Source of the DNA: Perna viridis | Taxonomy: Eukaryota | Assembly (NCBI GenBank): GCA_037379345.1 | Contig: CM074512.1 | Location: forward strand, 61,897,597 to 61,961,596 | Direction: 5' to 3' | Length of the DNA: 64,000 nt | Part shown: piece by piece, positions 1 to 14,800 of the stretch | Layout of the letters: each line of letters starts with the position of its first letter | How positions within the stretch are numbered: position 1 is the first letter of the stretch | The notes under the pieces: model-generated | Database searches by the model: none | What the model was told of the DNA's origin: nothing | What the model saw: only the letters and a program-made list of their open reading frames with translations | Made by a program: the position numbers and the translations under genes

Positions 1-299
1 TTTACCACGGTATTACATTTTGAGTGCAATGTGGTGAAAGGCGGTCTGGTTTATTTCCCAATCGGAACTACTCGGTCATCTCGAAAGGCTGGGTAGTTCT
101 GATTGACTTCTTTCTTTGTCTTTCCGATGTTGGACAGAAAGAGAAGTTGTCTCCCTTCTTGTTCGTTATTTTCCTGAATTACTTCGGTTTTTTTTGCCCA
201 GCTCGATGGAATGTCACTTGAAATCATTGAAAAAAAAAGCGAAAGACGAAATCCATCATGTTTGTTTTAGCTTTTTTGCGACCTTGCAATATGCAGATA

Positions 300-1460
300 C
301 TATAATTCTAGCGTAAAGTCAAGACGATGTGCAAATCTCTCTAAATATTTTTCAAGCTTACTGCAAATGTAGGAAACTTGAAGTTAATGTCAATAAGGCA
401 AAAGCCATGATTTTTGTTGACGAAAGTACAGACAAAATGCTGAATTTTATTTTAGAGGTAAGGAAATTGTAATAGTAGATTCACATGCATACATTGGTGG
501 TATTTTTAAGTACAGCGGATGTTTTATAGATACTCGTTCGTAGGAAACGTGTAGAACAGGCCCTTATTTAGCATGTATGAACTCGTGTGATAACATACCT
601 ACACATTTGCAAATTAAAATGCTTTATTGTATGATTAAACCTATATTGTTATACGGCTCTGAAATCTTAGCTTTGAAAATATTAAGTGTAATTGAACAAA
701 TTCATTTGAAATTTTGTGAAAGAATTCTTGGTGTTAGAAATACTAGCTCAAAGTATATGGTATATGGAGAGCTTGGAAAATTTCTTCTGCAAATTCGTGT
801 TTAAGTACGCAATTTTTCGTTTTTTGTTTTGTTTTTTTTTGGCAAAGGTGGTTCAAATGAGAGCAAATTATGTAATTCTCTTTATCGACTGATGTTTAAA
901 ATTATAAGCTGCATGACACTGAAGTATTTTGGATTAAATAATTAAAAAAAACATTTGCGATGATATGGGTAAGAGTGAAATTTTTGCGAATCAGTTACTC
1001 TTTTTAATGTTAACTTTTAACTTGGCAAGTTTTGCATGATTAATTTATTTAATATTGGTATAGTCTTATTTCTGGTTCATCCAGATGTGAATTCTACTCT
1101 TTTTTCAAAGCATCTTTCGGTATTGAAAACTATATAGTCATGTTATCCAAGTATGACAGGATTTGGATCACAAAATTACACACTTCTAATCTCCACTTAC
1201 CAGATGAAAAAGGAAGGTGGTATAACATTCCAAAACCCGAGAGATTATGCTCTTTTTGCAACGAGAATATTGGCGACGAATTCCATGTAATTTTTATTTG
1301 TGAAAATGTCACTGTAAAAATATCTAAGACAAGTACTTGGCAAAGTATTATCATGAGTATCCAAATCGCAACAAAATGGATGGTTTACTCTCTTTTTGAA
1401 GTTCGAATGTATTGAAAAGACTTTCTGTGTTCATTAAAAGGGTATCTGCTATGTTATGAT
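300..1460 (+). mobile_element. Degenerate non-LTR retrotransposon (RTE-X-like) ORF2 C-terminal fragment
   Basis: Frameshifted pieces: KLEVNVNKAKAMIF, IKPILLYGSEI...KFCERILGV...VYGELG, and a C-terminal CCHC region GRWYNIPKPERLCSFC...DEFHVIFIC. Confidence 0.8.
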
Positions 1461-2575
1461 AGACTCTCTATATGTATTTAACTCTGTATTTTTTATTGCT
1501 CATTTCTGTGTCGTTTTCTGTATGTAATACTGATTGACCTTAGGTAACATATTAATGTAGGAGTCGGAGCGTATATAATGAAATTTGAAGTCTGTATTAC
1601 CTTCAAACTCCAGACAAATTTATCAGACGTTGCCAATCGTCATATAACAACTATCTCGGTCACAATCTAAAGCCAAGATAAATGGCTATTCCAGATTACA
1701 CAAATCAAAATGAGTATTATTAAAAGTCCAATATAAGGAGGAATTCAGAATTTGAAAAATTACAAGACACAATCATATTTTTATCTTTTCGGGTTTCAAA
1801 CCTTGTTTTATACTGAACAATAATCCGAAAATTTTATGTTCAAAAAATTGATTCGTCAATGAAAGGTACAGAGGCACACTGAAATCATCTGAAGATTTAT
1901 TCTTTGAAATTTGTAACCAGTATAAAATTAGTAAAAACTATTCATTATGACTCTGTAAGAACTTACAAATACATTGATACTATGGCTTTTACATTATCTT
2001 TCCTTAATAGGTCAAAACAGATATAAACAGGTCATTCAAAATCACCCGGGAAAAACCCGTTGCTTCCAAAGCGATGCTTATTGCAAATGCGATTGATAAA
2101 CAAGTTCACGAAAATTGACATTTTGAGTAAAATAATGAATCCTTAGGAAAACTGGTGACTGATTTTCAAGTACGCCTTACACCATTTCCCCGTTTTAAGG
2201 TTATCTCATTAGCTAATGATTCGAATATTGAAATAATTCTTGTAGATTGAGAGAATTTGTAGTTCAAAGTAAACAAATATCCCTTTTTCATATGAACGTT
2301 TCACATTTTTTTTTATTGTAAACGAGCAAGTCTAAACATAAAAGGACTTTTTTGTATCCTATTTCTAAAAACAATTCATAGAAATTGTATCAATTCCAGG
2401 TTTGTAATAATTATGAAATAAACAATAATTTATTAAAGCACCTAAGCCGACAATGTGTAGCTTTTAATACGGTTGATGCGGTCTACAGCGGTTGAGAGCA
2501 CAAAAATGTGTCGCAAATGCGGTTATTATAATTATACGACATTAATAACAATAAAAAGTCATGGCTGTGTTTAAG

Positions 2576-3112
2576 AACTAGAGTGACCACGGCAAACGCT
2601 GAGCCGCCAGTTAAGCATTTGTAGAGGAAATTTAGGCCATTCATCCTTTCAAGTTTCGAAGTATTGACACTTGTGGTTTCAGACCTTCTCTTTAAATTGA
2701 CAAAAAAGACTTAAATAGCCTCTGGGGACCATCTTGTTTAATTAAGCAGAACTTAATTCTTTATCACATGCAAGTTAAAGTTGCCACTTGTATTATTTCT
2801 GCCAAGTTTATAGTAATTATTGGCTGAATAGAAGCAAAATAGGACCAAAATAGGTTTCCACATATGGTTCCAATGGCAACTTTGAGTGGCCTCATGAGCA
2901 CACATAAACTGGATCATTTGTAGAAGGCATTGAGGCAATTTTAACTATCAAGTTTCAAAACATTGGCATTTGTGGTTTCAGAGGACTTGATCTTGGAAAA
3001 ATGACCAACCAGAAACTTAGAGGCTGCAATCTTGTTTGATCAAATGGAACCTCAAGTGGATCTTCTGTAGAAGCTCTTGCATGCATCATACTTCATTTAG
3101 GTGAGCTAAAAA
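2576..3112 (+). mobile_element. Helentron-associated (HINE-like) non-autonomous element
   Basis: Begins AACTAGAG and ends TTCATTTAGGTGAGCTAAAA, with internal imperfect repeats (tcaagtttc...cacttgtggtttcaga...catcttgttt). Confidence 0.55.
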
Positions 3113-5861
3113 ATGGGAACAAGGCTATAATTTGCTCTGTAAGTCTAAATTTTGCACTAAATTAACAAAATTTCTGACAAAATGTGGGAGCATTCCCCAG
3201 AACCTTCCATGTTATTCAATTCTGACGTTAGTAACCTGTTAATTTTCTAACAATGACCAGACAATGAAACTCTTGTGCAACAAAATTCATTTCAACCACA
3301 TGTTTTTTTTCTTAATATAATAAATGAAGAGAAATAAAGCAAATAGAAAAGAGGTGTTCTTATATGTTTTATTGGCAAAGCAAATGAAAATCATTACTCT
3401 TACTACTCATCATTGGGTTCTGTATTGTTTTTATCATAGAAAAAATTGGTGATACATCGAAGTTCTAATATCAAGCATCATATACAGTAAAATGCATACA
3501 GAAAAATTATATGATGCTTGGTATCGATAAATCTTAATTCAATTAAAGTTATGCAATACTAGTAATACAAATCTAATTACTGAAATAGAACAGTTGGTAC
3601 CCCAAAAAAATATTTTTACCGAGCGTAGCTGAGGTCCATTGAATTTTTTGGGGTGATCAATTGGTCCATATATTGCCATCTGACCCAAAGTTGCATGAGC
3701 TGTTTGCTATATTATGCTTTTTATATATAGTTTACTCTAGCTAGATCATTAGTGCTGTAGAAAAGAGATAACATAAACAACTTTTTAAATTATGACCTCA
3801 TGTTGCAGTTATATCCAAATTGAAGAAAGTAAACAAATAAAATTTGTTAAAGTATAATATTAAACAATATTCTTGAGATTAAAGATCTTGAGACACTATA
3901 CATATTTTTAACAACAAGGTTCATAGGGAACAGACACGGCATATGCCCTACCTTTGAAATTGGGAAAATTATTCTTTTTTGCATGAAATCTTGAAATTTC
4001 ACTAATTCTATCCTGAAAAAAAAAAATCCTGGCTTTGTTTTGTCTTTAATTCTATTTACAACCCTTAACCTGAAATTCTGAAATCCATCCCTGATAATGA
4101 TAACATTGGAAAACATTTCAAGTATTAGTCATCCATCCTAGCTTTCAAAATCCAAGTGTGTTGACACTTTAACAAAAGTTGCAAGCTCATACACAAGAAA
4201 ATCTAAAATTGGATAAAAGGTAATTTAAAGATAAAATTCTGAAGTGAGATTTGAAAAAATTACTGAAGTAATATTTTATATACTAAACAGCAATAACACA
4301 AAAATTATCTGACATTCATATATATATTTATCACCTCTATTTAACAGTCCCAGAACAAATCCATGCAAATATTTGTGGATTGATGACCGCTGATTGATGA
4401 CAGCTGATAGAATGATTGCTGTTGGATCAAGAACTGGTGATAAGTGACCAATCTGCTTGCAGTATTGTTATGTAAAATGATGGATATCAGTTCTTGTAAA
4501 TTTCAAATTTTTCATTGAAATAAATCCAATATAATGTCATCTTAAATTCATTAAAAAAACACAAATGTGCAAAAAAATTAATTAAATTGATGTCTAAATT
4601 TATATCATTAGGTAAATATGTGTTATATTGAAAAATGAAACAAAAGATTCAATAAAATATATTAACCGTTAAACGGTCATGTCATGGAAAATGGAAGGGA
4701 TCACCAGTTCAACTAAATTTTTGCAAACAATATACTATTGTTATACACTGTACAGTACCTGTACCAATCTGTGCAACTATAACTGTGATTATTGCAGTCT
4801 TCACTTTCCAGTTCAGAGGCCAAAAATACATTTTTCAGAAATTTTTATGTGGTGACTGTAGTAGTTAATTTTACAGGTCCACCTCCATTTTGACAAGCTG
4901 TGGGTCTGGGACTACTGCTTAACCACAAAGACTGTTTACTGATCAGTTTCCAATCAGTCATCAATCTATCAAATAGATCCATAAAACAGTTGATCGCTTC
5001 TATTTAACGACATGTGACCACTGACTGGTGCCATATATTTTCAGAACGGTTTGTTTGGTTTTTTCAATGTTACAAAATAATATAGATTCAATTACTTTTC
5101 TTTATACAATTGTTTTCTGCTTTTTTTAATGAAATACAGAAAGTGAATCTAATATTCTACATTCAAAGTAGAATTACAATTACATCATAATAGGTTCATT
5201 GAAATGAAAATTTTGGAATTTTTTATAATTGATCATACATGTGCTATGCTATTTTACATAACAAAACCACAAGAAGATCTGTATCCAGTCATCAATTATA
5301 AATCCATCAGCGATCAGTAAACAATAAGTCATAGTTGCGAAGATCGGTTCATGGACTGTACCATACAACCAAAATTTAATAAATGGGTTCAAACTTTCCA
5401 CATGAAAGTCCAGTAGACCAACATATATAAAACCAATACCCCTTTAAATGTTGCTGGAGAGATCTTAAATTAAGATTCAAATAGGCCAGGAGACATAAAT
5501 TCAACTCTTGTTATATATGCACATAGTGTAAGAATATTAATATTATAATGTGATAACAATTTTATGGGATTTGTTTTATGATTGCAGCTAATTACTTAAT
5601 TCAAACCTTTACAAACCAACATCACTTCACCAACAGCTAAAATTCTATACCATTAACAGTAATTCATTTATGTATGGGTAATTAAGGCATGGTGCTATAC
5701 TGATACTAACACACAATAGATCTAATTTGTAATGCCTGGATTTACATGCCTACTTTGTAATTAAGATACAACTTTTCAGAAGTTATACATCACAAGCATT
5801 TCATGTCAGTGTAAAAACATAAATATGCCCTCATTTTGCATGAAAGTCCCAGAGATTCAGA

Positions 5862-8800
5862 TCACAGTCCTGCAAAAGCCCTGAATAATAACATTCCTTG
5901 AGAATGAACTTCTATATTAACCGTTTGATTGGCTGAAATAAATATTGTAGTGCCTGCCCTGACATTTAGTGGTGAGGACAAAGTAGAATTAGTAGCTGTT
6001 CCTTCACCACTTTGGACTATCACTATACTAGCACTGTCCATTGATTTCAAGGTGACCTTTTCACATCCACTAGATACCTGTTAAATAAAGAAAAATATAG
6101 ACATCACAACTTACATCATAAGTTAATACATAAATTTATAAAATGATTGTTTTTGGCTCCTGTTGACTCTAATTTTCTAGCCACAACCATAAGCCTTCCT
6201 TTCCTGGCATGGAACCTTGTGGTATTATTTCATGCAGATCCCATAGGTGTTAAATGGGAGATCTACTTCTCAAAAAAAAATTTCAAAGCAGATTTCCTGA
6301 GGCTTTGTTTTCATGACATATTTTGTTAGCAACAGTACTTATTTGAACTTAAAATTCAATTTTACTGAAACAATTTCTTATAACTGCCCATCCCCTTAAA
6401 GATGACATGCAATGTTTCACTTTATTACAAAAATAGTGATGGTCTTTCTCACAGCTAGGTTTGAGATTAGTTTTGACAATAATTGAAATAATTCATAATT
6501 GACCTGTCTTCAGTAATCTTTTTTAGATTTACAAGGTAAAATGGGTTTTATGCTTTTCATTAAAGTGAAAACAAAATTTCTAATTTATCAAGTGTGCTTG
6601 TAGTAAATATGACGAAAATAATGTACTTAGTTTATTGAAGTCTTACAAAGAAATAAATATTAAGCCTTGTGAGCAAGAAAAAGTATGAGAAACTACTGCA
6701 AGCAACTTAACCTAGTGTGTTTTATTTTTGTTATTGAATTGTCTTCACATATTGTGAAATATCTGCAGATACAATATGAATGAGTTACCAAATACTTTAA
6801 ATTCAGATGAATAATTTTTTTTTTGATATTGCCAAAAAAGCCCTGAAATTACCTTTGGTTTATAATGACTATATCACAATAATAAATCCACAAAACTTTC
6901 CTAAATTTACAACATACTATCAAAATTAATTATTACAGAATACTATCAATATTAATTAAATAAACCTTACTTCTAAAACATCAACTGCAAAATCATTGAT
7001 GGGAGGAGTGAAAAATATTTCTGTGACCCCGTGCTGGGATGTTGAATCCTCCTTTGAGGGACGTAACTTTGTTTTGATGATTTGGCGGCCAGTATAATCT
7101 AGCATCTCACACAAAGTATGGACATCACGGAACTTTGGTGTTAAACCAGCTCTTACAACATTATCAGAACAGGCCATACATTCCATGCAATCTGTAACAT
7201 ATTGATGAAGTTTTCTACTTCAGCACAAATACTACTTCATTAATAAAATGATATTATTAATTATACTGGAGTTTATCCAACCCTTAACTTTGTTTACGTG
7301 GGAGGATTCTAAAAATCTTTGAAAGAAACTTTAAGGTTTCAAACACTTCTCATCTTCTCCTTGAAATTTGACTCCAGATGTGAAAAACCTTCAACTTTAC
7401 TCACTGTTAACAGGTTAATGTGACTTCTGATCTGAATTCTTTCTAATTCTACTCACAATCAATAAACTAATATGAATTCTGATCTGAAATCAATTCAACT
7501 TAGCTTACAATTAACAAATTTATAATTTAAACTTAAATAACAATTAACAAATTTATATGGATGCTGATCTGAAATCAATGCAACTTAACCCGCTGTAAAC
7601 AGGTTAATGTGACTTTAGATCAGAAATAATTTCAACTTAACTCACAATTAACAAATATATGTGAATGCTGATATGAATTCAACGTAACTTAACTTGCTGT
7701 TAACAGATTAATGTGACTTCTGATCAGAAATCAATTCAACTTGACTTACAGTTAACAAATTAATATGACTTCTGGGTTTCACAAATCACTCATAAGACTT
7801 TCGTACATGTAATTCCTTAACAAACCAATGGGACTTATGTGCACTAAAGTTTTACATAAGCTTTGTGAAATGATGCCCTGATCTGAAATCAGTTCAAATT
7901 TAATAACTTGAAGTTAACATATAACATCATTCTACCTCCTTTTAGAAAACTTACCTCCAGAGAGGTAAGCATGAGGATAATCAGCCTCTAGGAACATGGC
8001 CTCTCCTGGCTTCAGAGTAATAATATTAAGAAAGTAGATGGCAAATATCCCCACATCACCAGGGAATTCTAAGTTCAGTTTGTTCAACATTTCTGGTAAC
8101 AATAAGCTAGTGTCCTTCCCTTCACTTCCTGAAATAAAGCCATGATGTACATTAGATAAGGCTAAAATAAATTGTGTGTTTCAGTTTCAAGACCCTATCT
8201 CTGATTCTGATGCTGACCCTAAACAATTAATTGCGGATTTAAAAAAAAAAGATTTTTTTGTCATTCAGGTTATGATTTCTATTTTTCTTCGAAACATTTG
8301 AAAAATTAAATGATTTGTAACACTGTTTTACCTACTTACACTACAAATTTTTTTTAGATGAAATAGGAAACACATAATTAATTCATTTTGGCCTTATAAA
8401 ACCGTAAGTCAATGAATCAATTCATGTTTCAATGACTGTACTTTCTCTATAGAATAACAATTCTTTCTCACCCTTCACTATATATGTTCTCATCCTGATC
8501 ACATGTGTAAACTGTCTCTCAATACTACTCATATATTGGTTTACTTTAGCATATTAATCAATGACACCAAACGAACCAAAATTAAAAATTAAACTACAAC
8601 CATATACAGCAGGCCATTCACATAAAGCATGAGAAATTCTACAGATCAGATGTTTTTTCCTGAATTCTATTTGTTATTTGGTCAGTAGTCAATGGAAATC
8701 TCTATGCTCATGACATATTCATTTACAGACTGTTGCACATGAACATTTAAAATTAAATTTGTGACCATATTGTGTAAAAAAGTTTTTCCTCTTCTCCCCA

Positions 8801-11800
8801 TTTCGGTAAGTAACTTTCTATTTAAGCTTGGCAAAATGAAATTTCACTAGCAAGCTCAATTTCGATAACATGAAGTACAATTTGTTTCAAGTTGTCAGAA
8901 TATTTTAGGGTAAATAAAACTTTTATTCAGGGTCATTCAAATCCATGTACTTGTTATGAAGTTATTATTTGCCACCTTTGCAGATACCGGTACTCAATAT
9001 TAACCACTAGCCAAATGCAACTTTAATCTGCCTGTGGTGAGTTGACCAATGCAGGCTTCACACATTGTAACATGTATTTAAATACAGGGAAACTTCTGAT
9101 AACACAAGACAGATATACTACTGGTACTATAGTTTGAAGGAGAACATCAACTTACTGTGAGAAAGACACACCATAGTGTTGTAGTAAATGGACCCAGCTT
9201 TTTTTCAAATTCATTATTAAAATCACCATATTAATGAAGCAAATGGAATAACTTTGTAAGCTCTCCCTAAACAACATTTAAAAATCCCCATATTGTTGAA
9301 GCAGGCAGAATAACTTCATAAGCTCTCCCTAGATCACTTTAATAATAAACTCACCATATTGTGTACATGGAATAACTTTGTAAGTACTTATTTAAATCAA
9401 TTATTAAGTAAAACCAACCATATTGTTGAAGCAGATGGAAGAACTAAGTAAAGTCTCCCTGTACAACATTATAAACTAGAAATACTGTAAGCAAGATTGC
9501 AAAGAAGATGCCCTGTCTTTAAATTAAGTTACATATATAACCTGAAAGTTCAATTATCTCCCTTCAAGGTCCTCTGACAGTAACTTTATACCTTCATGCA
9601 CATCCGGACAGATGACCAACCGTTTTCAAAAATAGCATCAATATCCTTTGATCGAATTAGGAGAAGTCTACGCGAAACCTTTTTTTTACTGGTCATTCGG
9701 ACCTGAAAAGCTTACTTTTTTACTGGACTGTATGAAGTTTTTCTGGTCCAAAAAAACTTTTATTCATTTAAGTGATAAGATATTGGTTATTTCATGGTTA
9801 TTAAATATTCTCCTTTAACAGTGTTTAAGGTTTTGTTTAAGCTTTTGTGGTGATTAGTAAAAAATTGAAAAGATATATTCCAATATGTGTGTTTTATTTT
9901 TAAGCCTTTGACATGTACATTTTTTGTACTAGTAGTGTCTGTGATGTCCGATCATGAGATGAAGTTCCACAGAAAGTTTTAAGCTGAACTGTTCTAGTCT
10001 ATATGTAATGATTCATGGGGATGAGAGAAGGAACGTCCGAACACATTTTTCCTCATACTGTTTCTGCTTGTCAGTCAATTTTCTTTTAATCTTAACTGCT
10101 TTGCTGGGTACTGCACCCTCCGTATACCTTAAAAAGGACATTTTTCAACAGTTTTGTACACGACCAGCCATTTGTATTTTTCAGGGGAAACAACTCGATG
10201 ACGAATGTACAATAAAACTCGAAAAGGATGTCAGACTTTTGGTCCGGATATCGGAGCGATCTTTATCAAACCAGCAGCAATTTTATCGGATTTGACCGAA
10301 GGTCCGACGAGTTTCGTATAGACTGTTTCAGAGGAGTTGTGCTGACTAGGTTTTAAAATAAAAAAACCCTTAAGTTGGATTATCTCCCTTTGGAGTCTAC
10401 CCACAGTAACTACATTCCTCTATGCACATCAAAGTATGATGCCCAACCTTCCTATAAAATTTCATCAAAATCCTTTAAGCAGCTTAGGATGAGTCACTCT
10501 GACAAGGTTTAAACATGCAAAATTTTTTAAAACCCATAAGTTTGATTATCTCCCTTTGGAGTAGTTAAAAAGAAGCAATTCCTTCATGAACACCTACATT
10601 TGATGCCCAACCTTTCTATAAATTTCATCAAAATCATCTGTGATGTCACTGACAAACTGAATAATGTCAGTTTATCCTTTGAATGGTTTGGGAGGAGTTA
10701 CACCAACAAGCATTTAACTTGTAAATCCCTTTAAAACCCTTACCTTCAATTACCTTATTTTCTGGACTATAAGTCGATGTGTTTGTTTGTTTGTTTGTTG
10801 GGGTTTAATGTCTGAGCAGCAATATTTCAGCTATATTCAGACGATGTGGAGTATAAGTCAAAAATTGCCTAATTTTGACAAAAACTCGACAAAAAAAACA
10901 TAGATAAGTCGAAGATCAGACGTGTGTATTTATATCGTACGTGTCAGCGGAGATCTGAGTTGAGCGGTTTGTTTTCAGCAGCATATTATACCAGCAATGT
11001 TACTAAATATAAGATTCCAGAATTAAATAAATATCTGTGTTTTTGTTAAAGTGTACTTTGTCCACGAGTTCAATTATTTTTATTGAATGGCATGTCAATG
11101 GCTCTGAAGCCATAGATCATCAGGAGTACAAAATCGTAAACATGTCTAACATGGGCAACCATGTGTGAAATAAGCGGGAAATTCATTTGATGAATAGGTC
11201 ATAATTACGAGCGGTAATTAGTAAACAATATTACCTGGTATTTAAAAATACAATAAAAAATAACTGTGACCACAAATTTGGATGCAGTTGGCCATTCAGA
11301 TAAAACCTTAATTGATTTATAATTTAAGCCACGTGCGAATGTGTTACGACATACTGTAAATAGGTATAAATTTGTATATTAAAGGACCGATAACTCCAAA
11401 ACACTGGATAATGTTTTCCAATTTAACAAAAGAGTTTTGTAAACGTATCTTCTAGAGTTTACTTATATTTTAACGGTATCAAAGTCTCAGAGTTTTTATT
11501 AACATCATCGTATTCATTCATAAAGGATAGCAGCAATAATCAATACTATTCGAAATCAATCGCCGGTTTGTCTGTTCGTTGATTGCAGTTTACCAAAAAT
11601 TTCGAATTAAAGCAATCAGAAGTGAATTGAACAAATCTAATGAAAAGCCTTGTTGATGAACATTTTTCTTGAAAAATCCTTAGATATGTTGAAATGGACG
11701 GTAAGTTGAGGCCGACACTCAGCTGAAAAAAAATATCGACTTATAGTCTGGAAAATACGGTATCTTCCTTTGAAGTTATCCAACAGTAACTATACTTCTT

Positions 11801-14800
11801 CATGCATATCTACATATGATGCCAAAACTTGCTTTAAAATAACATCAAAATCCTTAAGTTGGATTATCTCCCTTTAGAGTTGTCTGACAGTAACTATATT
11901 CCTTAATTCACATCTATATACGATGCCCAACCTATAAAATTTCATCAAAATCCTGTGAGCGTTTAAGGAGGATTTACACTAACAAGAAATGTGGACATAT
12001 CGTCAGACAGACAGACAGACAGGGAGATTCCTATATACCTCCCCCACAAACTTAGTTTGCGTGCGGTATAATAAACTCACCATATTGTTGAAGCAGATGG
12101 AACAACTTTGTAAGCTCTCTCTGGACCACATTCTTATCCTGCTCCATCAGACCTGTGAAACATGCCTTCATAGCCTCTCGATGTAATGGCATATCATTGC
12201 TTTTACTGGCAGTGATTAACTTTACAGCATTTTTGGATCCTACAGCATTCCTCAAGGGTTCTAGTTCTGATATAAAAAGTGCTTTTTATATATATAACTA
12301 CTTATCATATAGGCAATATTGAATATCAATACACTGAATTGACATTTACTTCTGAGGTTTATTAGAACAGCTATATCAGTTAACACTCCCACATTATGGG
12401 AGAAACTCTCATTGAAAAATCAATGAAAATTAAGAATCTCCTAAGTGTATATGAAAGATTTGGGGGAGGTTTTTGGTTAAAATTTTTATACTTCTCTTTG
12501 AAAAATACTTAACAATTGAATTTTTACATGAAAAATTTTGCTTTTACTCATAAATCAGCCTCATGGGACAGTGGCAAAGGGGGGAGGTTAACAGGTATGG
12601 AACAACAAGAAAATATCAGACTGTGCCAAGCATTCTCAACCAAGTTTGTATTCTTTCAAAAACTTTTTTTTTGTCAGTGCACTGTTATTGCCTTTGTACT
12701 GCAACAAGAATTTATCAGAAAAATAATGTTTTAAGCAAGAAACAAAGTTTCTCATTTGAAGCAGTAACATTCTGATAACTACAACACAATATGACATTTG
12801 TGATGTTACAACAGTAAGTCATATTCAGTCAGTGGATTAAGGATTAACAACTTGTTTCAAACATCTTAGTACATTAACAGAAATCTGGATACCAAAAAAT
12901 ACAACTCTTCATGTAAGATCCACATATTTTAGACATAAATTAGTGGATGAATAAATACATGTGAATAAAAAAATAGCCCATTTTTTAAGCAGGTGCCTAA
13001 TTAATTAAAATGAAATAATTGTATACCAAGATTAGAATATGAAGCAAAACTCAGAAACTTAACCAAAAATGAACATCTAATTAAAAAGATTTTCTTGATA
13101 TATTTCTCATTAAAAGGATATTCAGTAAATTGCCTTTAATCAACAAATACTTCATGGTTTGACCAAATTATTCACTTCATAGACAACAATATAACAGCTA
13201 ACTCCCTACTTGTAATAAACTCAGCCACCTCCCTAATTGGTCGAAATCCACACATAGCTTTGAATGGTGTCAGTGCTATGGCCATTTCAGGTTTATGGTT
13301 TGGATCTTTGTAGATATCAGGTTTCTCCCTGTGAAGTTTTTCTGCATGAACCTGAGGTATATACAGAATTAGGAAATTAAGTACTGTAAATTGGGAAATT
13401 TTCATGCCATTTTTATTCATGGTTTCTGCTATAAATCTGCTTTTGCACAGTTTTAAATTTGTGATCGCTCATCAAATTGTACTGTAATATTCTTTGAAGA
13501 AAATATTTGCAACAGTTTAATTTTTGCATTATGGATCTTGGCACGAAAAATAGAACTGCCGCAAAAATAAAACTGCCATGAAAATTTCACTGTTTTACAG
13601 TAACAAGTCTAACACATGTAAAGTTTTTTTCTAGTTCATATGCATATCTTTTAGTTGATTTTCCCTTGTTAAAGAGCAAGTCAATATATCTGGAAACCTT
13701 ACATGAAATTTCCCTACTGTCAAATGTAGACATTTTTCCCTTTACAATACAAACTTTACACTTTTTACATAAAATTTTTTCTCATCAAAGGGACTGAAAA
13801 ATTCCTATTTTCGGTCATGTGAGATTTCTTTACAGCACACATTTGAGACTTCACAATGAATTGTTCTTTGAAGTCTTACAGAAATAAATGATTTACAGCA
13901 AGAAGTGAGTTCTGAATTGGTGTACTTTTATGGAACCAAGACATTTACATTACCTTATTAGGATGTGCCTGTATAGATAAGGATTTTTGGACAGATAAAA
14001 CCTTGAAGAGAAAAGGCAGACGACCTTCAAAGTACTCTTTGACCTTAGACCCAAGGCAATCAGGATTTTGATTGATCCAGTCTTTTAGTTTTCCTTTACT
14101 CTCTCCATCCATACATATCTCAGATGGTCCATTAGGATGAGTTCCCATCCAAAGCTGAAAAAAAGTCTTAATTTATCAGATTGTCTGGAAAAGAACATCA
14201 TATACACTGTAGACTTATAAAAAACTAAAAGAAAAATAAGTCTACATGTAATTTGTAAATGCAAATGTACTATGAGCTAAAATCATCTTAAACTGAAACA
14301 GCACAGTGGAAAATTAGTTACTTGCATCTACTTTTTTATTAATCTACTATGGCATGGCAAATTAATCCAAACTTATTAAAATTATGACAGTATCTACGCA
14401 CACCCAGATTCCCCAATGTAAAGTTAATTAAAGTCTGTATATATAGGTGTGAGAGCACTTAAAAGATTGAGGGACACTAAATCAGCTTAGAATCATGGTT
14501 AAGTGGTCAAATTCATACTTGATTCTCCCACATTCTTTGTAATTATGTTCTGACATGCTAATCATGTACAGATGGACAGACATTTATATACCATTATCTC
14601 TCAATCTTGTAAACTTAAACATTGCATGGCTTTTGCTTTCCCACTTTCTAGAATGAACATCTTTGCACATTATATCAAATTTTAAACTTTTCATCATTAG
14701 TTCTTATTTTTACGCATTGATTTATCATTTTTTTAAAATAAAAACAAAGCAAAATTTATTTTTCAATTGTGTCTTTTATAAAAGTTGCCAAAATAAAATT

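Larger units (their letters stand above)
9474..12072 (+). mobile_element. Helentron/HINE-like element carrying satellite-like repeats, with nested insertions
   Basis: 5' AACTAGAAATACTG. Repeated ttatctcccttt..agtaact..ttcct..gatgcccaacct..tttcatcaaaatcc units. (GACA)n microsatellite at ~12005-12022 and a 3' cccccacaaacttagtttgcgtgcggtataa hairpin end. Inserted in an A-run without a TSD. Confidence 0.7.
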
